Shown here: piece by piece, positions 55,001-64,000 of the stretch
Layout: each line of letters starts with the position of its first letter
Numbering within the stretch: the first letter of the stretch is position 1
Source: Macrostomum lignano
Lineage: Eukaryota
Assembly: GCA_002269645.1 (NCBI GenBank)
Contig: NIVC01002996.1
Coordinates: 62,820 to 126,819, forward strand
Reading direction: 5' to 3'
DNA: 64,000 nucleotides
Notes under the pieces: generated by a model
Database searches by the model: none
Seen by the model: the letters and a program-made list of their open reading frames with translations, nothing else
What the model was told of the DNA's origin: nothing
Translations under genes and position numbers: made by a program

Positions 55001-58000
55001 AGGCTGATGTCAATCAAACAAGTGAAAGAATTTTCAAGAAACTTTCCAGAAAAACTCGGTTCTTTTGAACACTGCTATTTAAGCAAGTTTGAATCAGAAA
55101 CACAGTTTTGTGAGCACCTACGTGTCTTCTTTAAGAATGATAAGCGATGCACTTTGTTGCTCCAATGCGAGGGAGCAAGCTCTAACTATCAAAGCCTTAT
55201 TTCATGCGTTAAGTACCTTATAGAGGAGAATATCAAGTCCGGAAAGCAAGGTGAATCCTTGCCTGATTGGAGAGTCATTCTGATTATCAAGCTGCTACGA
55301 TCGCAAATGGTCCCATTCACCGGGCTGGAGGGTGGTCTCTGGAATTCAGTGCACATTGAGGAACTAGTATCCTCTAACAGAGTGAATATTCATCATCTTG
55401 ATGGTCTACCCATGTCTAAAGTCGTTTCGAAAAGTAGTGAAATCGAGGAACCTGCATGCATGTCCGAAACGGGCATGTCAGAGAAGCCTGTGAATTTCGG
55501 ACTCTTGCTTCGCAACTGCCAATATGCTGCGCTTAGCCGGCTTAAGGATCCAACAAGCAGCGATAAACGTCTTGGAAACAGGCTCCAGACACTCCAACAA
55601 GTGCTAAGTGGTAGGTGTATCTTCAAATTTTATTTCCGAATTCTTGAGGTTATGGATTTAAACTTTCTAGGTTCAGGCCGAAGTCAAAAAGATTTCCTAT
55701 AAAATATTTTAGAACCTGAGTTTCTGTCTAAAGCAAATGACGTCGTCAGTGAGTCCCTGCGGTGGAAGGAGGATTCGTGGCAAGCTACTTTTACGCCAAG
55801 CCAGTGGCTCAGTTTCGAGTCGGCAAAACTGATCAACGTGCGAAACGCAGGAAATCTGACGTGAGTATGACAATTTTTAATCTATCTAAACTTAGTTCGA
55901 ATCTTAATTATCATTGCAAAAAACAATTACAGCGAGAGCGCCTGGAGAACCATTAAACGAGAGGCTTCCCATGCTTTTGCCTGCTTTCTAGCCTTTACCG
56001 ACAGGGATGGAAACTTGAAAAACTACTCTAATGAGCTAAAAGCTCTTTGGTTGGATTTGCTTGGTTGTGCGTTCTTTTGTGACATTGAATTCAAGAGGTC
56101 ATGTGAAGATAAAATGAGAGCCCCTGTTGAAAGTGCCGAATTTGAAGTAACAAGCTCAGCAGCAGACAATCACGACTTTGACAGCCAATTTCCTTTTTCA
56201 TGGGCAGTTCTGGAGCGCATGAGACGCCTGATGGAGGTAGACCCGGATCGACTGGTAGAACTTTTTGGGGAGTCCGATTTCGGAGAAATTTTAAAAAAGC
56301 ATGACTTCGATGATGCTTTGCTACTTAAATATAGCCAAGACATGCTTAATATGCTTTTACTAGAAACTGACAGCGAGTCGGTGACACAAGTGAGTCGAAT
56401 CCTCGTGCGAAGCCCTGACATTCAAAAGGATTCATTGCCTAATGCTCTGAGTAGCTGCCTTCTAGTGCTCCAAAGATTCAAGCAACAGGTACAGCTACTG
56501 CTGAAGTTGAAGAGCCAGATCAAGGATCTAACCCTAAATATTGCGGAAGTGCAGCGACTGGAAGACTTGCCGAATGTAAGTCTGCCTTCGATGTCAATTT
56601 TTAATAATTTTGACCTGTCTATTTTCTAATGTTTTACGAGCTATATGGGTGAACTGTGTTTCAATTATTCTACAATTTTAGGTTTTGTTCACCTCTTTTT
56701 ACAAACACTTTGAGAAAAACAAGACTCATCTCAACTCAGCTGAAAATCGAAAATTATGGCAAGCATGGGTTACAGACTCCGATGCGGTGATCTGCCGACT
56801 CCTGTTGAAAAACGGGAATGAAGAAATGCAACTTCAGTGGGACCGCATTCAGTGCGTCTTCATCTTTCTGACGGAAGTCGTGAATGCGTTCGATTCTGAA
56901 GCCCACATCGAAGAATCCGACATCAAGCCAATCCAGTTGTGGAATGTAAGCTTGGGCTTCAAATCAACTCTGATAAAGTAAGGCTTTTGAGAGTAATTCC
57001 TAACAATTAAAAGAGCTGCCACTCAATTAATCGCAATTTCAGTCTCTCCAACGAAAGTTAAAGGAGAACTTTCAAAGTCTGGAAGCAATTCGAATCATTG
57101 AAGAGTTTGTGGATAAGATGAACACATCGCTAACAGAAAAAATCTTAGGGTAAGAGCTTTCTTAGCTTAACTCTAACTGTTTGCGATGCGCTGGTAGTAA
57201 ATGTTCAACTGCTTAAAATTTCAGGAGCAAGGATTGCAGCAAGTGCAAAAAGCGTTCAGATTTCAAGTTAATATTGCCATGTGCTGATCGGTTGTGTGCT
57301 GAATGCGTAGCGGACTGCGAAGTTTCGGAAAACCATGCTGATAGCAGAAAATGTCCGATCTGCAAGCAAGACTTCGATCCTAAGGCTGTGAGCGGTCCAA
57401 AGCAGCAGGTTCTTGTGGACTTCAAGGCTAGGTGCACTAGATTCATGATGCAAGTCGTGTCCAAGCTCTGCTTCCAAGCAGCTAAGCCCCCAACTGAGGA
57501 TTTATGTCATCATTTAATTGGCTTCGTGACAAGAACCTCCAAACAAAATGCTGCTTTCGGGCTCTTCGGTGACGACCGCGACGATTCTCCGGTGTTCAGG
57601 TCGTTCATCTTACAGAGGCTGCTTAAATTCCAGCCAAGCCAGGTCGAATCGCTGTTACAGCAACACGTTGATGCTGTCGCTAATTTCAGGGCAGATGCCA
57701 GGCATGATTTAGCTAAGATAATTGTGAACTGCATGGAAGACGCTCAGATTGTGCGAAGCGAAGCTGAAGCGATGAATGAAGAACAGCAACTGCATCACGC
57801 TGTGTCCTTGCTGGCAGAGTCGACCCTACCAGAAAAGCTCCAGCTGTTGCAGATTCCACACCTACAAAACATCGCTTCACGTAGAGTGGCTTTACGCGTT
57901 CTGGCATTCGTATTTTCTCTTGGAAATCTCGGTGAAGAAACTGTTAATGCACTGGCAAGAGCTCTGGAGCCGCATAAGTGGAGCCGAATTTACTTTTTGC

Positions 58001-58336
58001 GCTGCCTTTCCATGGAGGTTGGTGTCTCTGCTGCGATAGGCCTCATCTTTAGAAATACAGTGGTTAAGACAACTCTGGAAGCAGAAATTGGAGGCATGGA
58101 TGTAGTGCCCGTGCCTGACTTTCTACTCAGCCACTCTGAGGCGTATAAAGACTCAAAAGAGTATGTTCTCTCAACACTATACGATTCGAAAACTCAGGTA
58201 ATATAAAATTTATCAAAATGTTTTAAATGAAATATGACCTTTCAGCATAGTCGTATCCTCAAATGAAAAGGTGATTAGACGTCAACATTGACCCCATATT
58301 GTAAATATAATAGAAATACTAAGTGTAAAATACTAA

Positions 58337-58406
<70 letters not shown>

Positions 58407-61400
58407 TTTGGAGGCTTAAGTTCACATCCCCTTTCGACAATAGGTTCATTACAAGCATTCTTGCTCTCGACACAGGCCAGTTGGGCATAAAGCAATCGTT
58501 ATTACGTATAGTGTGATTTCTATCCGGAAAAATTAATACTAAACGAGAATTGATTTAAATTAAGCTTCTGCTAATTTCAGGACTCGGTGCTTCCTGACTC
58601 GAGCGGAACTATCTTGGTTCTAGCAGCACTGGCATCCACGTATAAACTACGACACATGACTGAAGAGAAACCACCGGAATTCGAAAACTGCATCGAAAGA
58701 TTGAAGTCTGAATTGTCTGCTCCACAAAAGGTAACGAAAAATGAGAAAATTGTACAGTATATTGCTGGTATGATTAGCAACACAGTTAAACGTTTCATCA
58801 GTCTAAAATGATGCTTAACATATGTTCAAATGAGTTGAAATGGACACTTTAATTTTCCTTTTGCTACTTAGCTACATGAGTGCAACACGCTCTTTGGAAA
58901 AATCAAGTAGAAAATTTAGTAGGCAGCTGTATACACTAACAGATCCAGGGGGGTCCAAATCATCAATATATTTCTTCAAATTCGTGATATTGCAAGTCCA
59001 GAAAGCTGTGCTCTGTTATTTTTTTTCATATTAACGCAAACTTAAGAATGCTGGCGGATCCAGGGGGGTCAAGGGGGTCGGCTGACGGGATCAGAACCCC
59101 CCGGGAAAATCCTGGATCCACCATTGACTGTATAGTATCGCTGAAATCGTTAAAAATCGAATACTCTGCCTTTTAAGTGTTTTGATATGGCATTAAATTA
59201 TTTTCCTGCGTCAAAAGAGCTGCGTTTTTATACTCGTATTGTGCTTAAGTAGCTAATTCAATCTGTAGGTACCAAGTTCTCTTTGGTACGCGTATAATAA
59301 AATATAGCAAGGGACAATCGAAAACCCCTTTGTTATAACAAAGGCTAGATGCATTGCAATACTTCAATGTAGTTCGCAGTGGTGAAACGCTCATTTTCCT
59401 TAAACTAGTTTTAAAGCTATCAGAAGAATGTAAAAATAATATTTAAACATTTGTTGTTGAATTTTAGAAACTGTACAACCAGTTGGCTTACCTGACGCAA
59501 TCGCCATTGCCGGACCACAATGCTGCTCTGCTGTGCATTCGCTTGGCCTATGTATTGCACGCCAATTCCACAAATGAAAGCTCCGCCTTTCGAAAGTTTT
59601 TGAAGGACCTGAAGTCATTAGCCGACAACTCGTATCTTCCTGCGATGATGCACGATGAAATCTGGGAGCGGCTGTTAGAAATGATTAACTGTCCAATTAC
59701 AACGAAGGATAAAGAGGGTTTTCTTTGTGATGAAAACTTCAAGATGTACTGTGAGTAAACACCAAAGCTATAGTAGGTGATGTACGATAGGAACAAACTA
59801 CCTTCGTTACCAAAAACAAATTGTCAAAGAGTATATTCTGCATCCTTCTCAGACCCAGATTATCTTGAGTGCCATCATTTTTAGTAAGTCGGATTCGTTT
59901 CTGTTGGCAAGCAGGTGAAGTGACGGTCCAAAAGCCCGCGTCTTGAAACTCACCCTAAAGCTTGGTGGGAATTATCATAATACCAGATGTAGCGAAATAG
60001 CTGCAACCCAAGTTTCTTACTTTCTTAATACCTGTTGTAGCTACATTTCATTCATTGTCACATCAGGTGCCATTGAGTGGAAACGAATGTCAAAAAGTTA
60101 CTTAGGTTGCTTAGGTTAGGAGGAGGCAGTGGCGAAGATACGAGCTGGTCCTGGGCGCATGTTAGAGCCCTCTCAGGGCATGCAGGGTCGAGTAACTCAA
60201 CTCCCCTCGTTTAACAACAGCAGCAACTAGCTGATGTGCTGACGAGCTACGAGATCACAAGTATTGCAAGAGCCATCCGTAATTTTCTTTCTAGGTTGCC
60301 CAAACGGCCATCCGTACGTCTTGGGAGAAGTAAGCAGCCAAAAAATATTTTAACGAACTAAGGCCGTTTATTTTATCCGTTTTTTTTATGCTAAAGTTGT
60401 CAAATTCAATCATTATTTTAATTTTCAGTGCACACAAGGATGGGTGAAGTACAAGTGTCACGAATGCGCTGCTGACATTGGGGGTCAGAAGCATAAAATA
60501 GCTGCAAACAACACCGAATACAAATGCAAGACAAAGATGGGCTTCTCCCCGCCATCTATGAAGGAAGGTCAGCAGCCTCTGCGCAAGCTCACGCCAGCCA
60601 GTGCAGCTCTGATCCGGCTGCTGCAGCATCTGGCCATGTTGGTTTCTCCAGACTCCAGACGCAAACTCCAGACTCCAGACGCAAACTGCTACTTGAGAGG
60701 GTTCGTCGACGACTTGAAATTGTTCAGCCAAGTAACCGGCAGAAGTGAGGAGGAGACATATCATATCCTCCACTTACTACTTAAGCAATTGGAGTCGGCC
60801 AAAAGCGAATCCGTTTCTTTTGATCTGAAAACTGACAAAAGCCGGAGAGAATTTGAGGACCAAATCGATAGGGAGTTGATACAGCCAATTATGGGAAACC
60901 TCAGCGACCTTCTTCAGAAATCTAACAAAGAAATTGCGCAGCAAACATCGGAAATTTTGCAAATCATCCATGGTACTTCGAAAATGGAAGAAGAGGAGGA
61001 GGCTTCGCTCTGGAAATGTCACAGGCGGATAACCGTAAAGCACGCTGAGTATGCTTTCCAGGAACTAAGTACCGAACTCTCTGAACGATACAGACTGACT
61101 GGAACGGTTATTAATTGGCTTCCTGTATTGCGTCACGTCGGATCCTTGCCTCGACTGATGAGACTGACAAAAGAATTGACGACATGTTACAACTACAAAA
61201 TTACCTCTAAAGACGCCAGCTCAAGGACTTTTCAAGAAGCCTGGCACGACCGTAGTGACGAGTGCAAGCTGCAGGATGTGTATGAATTTGGACGAATTTG
61301 GGATGAACTCAAGCACCGACTGAAGCTGGCGCGGTTTGAAGACTTACCATATCCGGTTGTAAAGGGTGAAGTTTCCGCCTGTGACCTGCCATTGGCAGCT

Positions 61401-62330
61401 CTGCTACCGCATTCGAGTGAATGGGGGCGTTGCATCGTGGCCCTAGTGCAGCTGCTTGTTGATGCTCAAAATGCGGTGATTGATGCCAGCGCTATCAAAA
61501 CGGAGAAAATATCACTGGACGATATAGATCAGGCTGCTGTGATACCACGGGATCTAGAAGCGGGCCTCCTGCCGATACTACTGGCTAATAGTAGCTACTC
61601 GCTCAAAGATGCAGCCTGTGTTGAATATGATTTCAAGAGTCTCGAGTGCCAACTGGTGGACTTCTTGGCGCGCGGCCGTTGCCGAATAGCTCCTCTCTTA
61701 TCACCAATCGTCTACAAGGACGAGGTACATCTGATGCAGCTCTTCAAGCGTCTGGAGCGAACTGTACCACAAAACTCAGCTCCGTCAAGCGTCCCACTGA
61801 CTCAGGCGCTAAGCTCAAATCTGCCTCACGAGTTAAGAGACATCACTGAACTCTTGGATGACTCGTTGCCTGCAGCCATGCGTTTCCTAATCTCGCTGGC
61901 GCCGAAGGACACACAAGAGTTGCTGCATGCCTTCATGACTGAAAGGCTTGCAATGCCAGGTCTGCCCACACCACAGCTGCAGCGCAGCGTCACATTAGCG
62001 GATACTAAGCTGCTCTGGATGTTCCTGGACCATCTGCGTTGCCGCTGTCTAATCCGAAGTGACTTGAACCCGTTTGAAGACTGTGGTGAGGTGATCGAGC
62101 TGCCAATGGAGTTGCCGAAAGAGCTGAAGAATCGGCGCTCAATTCTTATGGAGAAGCTGCATGCCTTCATCAGGCTGGAGCTGAGCAGTGGGCCAGCAAT
62201 TTACGAGGGCATGGAGCTGCAGGAAGTGTGTGACATCTTTCCCGAGTACGATGAATTCAGCGCTTTCGACGGGAGCTTCTTGTGCGAGCACGCGGTTGCT
62301 GTCTGGACCGCTCTCAATCGCATGGAGTGA
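40067..62330 (+). CDS. RNF213: RNF213/mysterin-like giant AAA+ ATPase / E3 ubiquitin ligase, 18 exons, about 5140 aa (two 1-nt frameshifts near 54216 and 54364)
   Basis: Exons 40067-42285, 42868-43131, 43492-43705, 43928-44275, 44386-44493, 45190-45321, 45403-45595, 47705-48010, 48470-55610, 55713-55860, 55933-56575, 56682-56945, 57043-57149, 57225-58197, 58581-58730, 59468-59750, 60295-60329, 60429-62330. All are GT-AG and phase-consistent once 2 nt are restored. Motifs: SGMGKSL, MGETGCGKT, FFDEVNTT, AACNPYRKH, GKPGSSKS, LDEIGLAEDS, SNWALDPAKMNRG, FGLRDY, NLYESLYDALNQYY, RING, CPNGH RZ finger. Orthologue versus lineage-specific paralogue is unresolved. Confidence 0.95.
40436..41470 (+). repeat. 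Coding 45-bp tandem repeat, 23 units (VEETPNTGDRDQGRP)
   Basis: Period 45 checked at 40436/40481/40526. In frame with both flanks. Confidence 0.95.
46076..47183. mobile_element. Non-autonomous hAT element
   Basis: TIR TAGGGATGTCGA / TCGACATCCCTA, 8-bp TSD GTTGTACA (46068-46075) / GTTGTATA (47184-47191), CCCCGGGG-rich subtermini. Confidence 0.85.
46693..46973. mobile_element. Mutator-like MITE nested in the hAT element
   Basis: Long modular TIRs (TTCATAAGACCGAAATTTCACAACGCCGAAA and its inverse), 9-bp TSD ATTTAAACG (46684-46692) / ATTCAAACG (46974-46982). Confidence 0.75.
57235..57363 (+). other. RING finger of the RNF213-like protein, His ligand replaced by Asp
   Basis: CSKC-x11-C-A-D-R-L-C-AE-C-x15-CPIC. 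Confidence 0.8.
58337..58406. repeat. (ATCT)n microsatellite, about 17 units
   Basis: Direct reading. Confidence 0.98.
59052..59126. mobile_element. Short MITE (TGGCGGATCCAGG / CCTGGATCCACCA inverted ends)
   Basis: Inverted repeats at 59052-59064 and 59111-59123. A related fragment lies at about 58940-58955. Confidence 0.55.
59742..60494 (+). other. RZ finger of the RNF213-like protein, encoded across three exons
   Basis: Spliced translation MYCCPNGHPYVLGECTQGWVKYKCHECAADIGGQKH matches the CPNGH-x6-C-x8-C-x2-C-x3-IGG pattern. Confidence 0.9.
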
Positions 62331-62720
62331 TGCCGATTGTGCTTTGGTTTTTAGATTGACAAAACAATTGAATCCCCGTTCCCCATATGATTCCCTATAC
62401 TCACTAACTAGCTATACTCACTATACTTACTATACTCACTATACTCACTAATGAGTGATGAGGCAAATCATGCTGGAATTAGTCGGAAAACTATTACTGA
62501 AAAATTCGAATGCAAGTAGATATGGCTAATACCTCGGAAAGTAATTTGTTTTTTAAAACTGTCGGTCTGCTTTTTCTCGCACAGACAAGTTTCGTATTGA
62601 AATTCAGAAGCACAAAACAAGCAAAGCAAGCCTCATTGCTATGATCAGTTATTTGGTGATGTGTTTGCATGGTCACAAATTGTAGTTTTACTGTTCCATA
62701 CAATATTTAATCCCACTTTT

Positions 62721-62726
62721 AATAAA
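62721..62726 (+). promoter_or_regulatory. Candidate polyadenylation signal for the RNF213-like gene
   Basis: First AATAAA noticed after the stop codon, followed by T-rich sequence. Confidence 0.35.
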
Positions 62727-64000
62727 TATCTTTCATTATTTATTAGCTAACTATCAAAACAATAACCACCATTCTTATTCTGCTAGCAGCTAGCTAGCTA
62801 ACTATATTTATACTTTGATCGGTCCCTTGTTGTAGGTGTGATTGCATGTTCAAAATGGAAGTTACATTTTATTTACAATATTTAACCTCTACTTATCGTT
62901 TTAATCTATTTTTAATAACAGAAAAAATCAATCCAACGTTTTTATTCTTCTAGCAGCTCATAATTACTCTCACAATTACTGGTATTCATGTTTAAAAATT
63001 TTATGTTATATTTTGTGATTTCTCATCACAGAAGCAAATTTTACTGTCATAAAAATATTTACCCAAAAATGTCTATTGTTTTATTCGATAAACTTTTAAA
63101 CGTGTTTATTCCGATTTTATATTAAATTTAATCAGCTATTTTTGTAGCGAACAACTTGCTATTCTGAGACTGAGCTCGAAGATCACTGAAACTTCAGTTG
63201 CTAAATCATTGAAAAAAAAATCATTGTTTACAACACTGGCTAAAATATAAACATTGTTTAAAATTTAAAGCAAATTCAAATTTAAATTTTTTAGAATAAA
63301 TTTAAAATTTAAAATAATGTTTAGTAGTTACACAATAAATAGTAAAAATGGGTCCGCGTTTTATTTAAAACAAAAAGAAATTTCGACCAAATGTCCATTG
63401 ATTCTCAAATGCACTTTCAGTAAAACAATTTTTTTCGAATTTGAACAGGACCGAAACCGCCAAGTGTTTTAAGCAAAAAAAGTTTTTTAAATGTACAGTC
63501 TTCAATTATATTTATAATTGATGATATAGTTTTGTTCTATCAACTCGTTTATTCAGCCCTGCATCTTTTTACAAATAACAGAAATACTGTAGTATCGCTA
63601 ACAGATTGTTTTCGTAAAATGTATCCACACCACCGCCTATTGATTTCATGTAGCCACTTCCCTCAGTAGTATGTCACGATCTTAAACTACCTTTATTTCG
63701 AAATAAAATCGATTGTTTAAATAGCTTTTCTATTAGTTATTCATCAACTATCAACTAGACGACTTGGGACCTTGTTAGCTATCGTACGCTCGTAACAGAT
63801 TTCTAACCGCTTGCTTGTAAAGTTGAAGTCAAGCTACACGTGAATCAACTTCTTGGCACAGTTACAGAGGGCGTGCGATGAGAATTTATATCTCTTCTGA
63901 AGAGTTTGCCTTTAGAAAACTAGAAAATGAAAGGAGAGATCCAGAGAAAGAGAGAGGAATTGAGTCGTGTCTAAACCCACGAACTTCCACTTCCAGACCG

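Noticed and set aside
55700-55702. In-frame TAA as a nonsense mutation in the RNF213-like gene
   Set aside because: The acceptor tattttag at 55712 places it in the intron and preserves the phase.
58860-58915. Extra RNF213-like exon between 58730 and 59468
   Set aside because: The candidate frame hits TAG or gives incompatible phases, and the flanking exons join in phase 0 without it.

Overview
This is a eukaryotic (animal) genomic window. GC-rich exons with minisatellite-packed introns suggest a free-living flatworm such as Macrostomum (inference). The left half holds four minus-strand genes: a single-coding-exon C2H2/BED-like zinc-finger gene (3270-4823) and a tight co-oriented cluster NDUFAF8 -> TTC36 -> OPA1 that looks like a trans-spliced operon. 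OPA1 is reconstructed as 7 exons, with a different minisatellite in almost every intron. An inverted pair of 48-bp arrays flanks TTC36 exon 2. The centre holds a complete 1.5-kb non-autonomous LTR element (288-bp LTRs, PBS, PPT, ATAA TSD). Its 3' LTR is interrupted by a young Penelope-like element arranged as a 1420-bp inverted repeat, with a type I hammerhead ribozyme motif in each arm. The right half is an 18-exon, about 5140-aa RNF213/mysterin-like gene (AAA+ ring, Asp-substituted RING, intact RZ finger). It has an unusual N-terminal duplicated Cys/His module, a 23 x 15-aa repeat, much lower GC than its neighbours, and a nested hAT/Mutator MITE stack in intron 7. Three 1-nt frameshifts all fall in homopolymers and are probably long-read errors. 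All coordinates were read by hand; no database searches were run.
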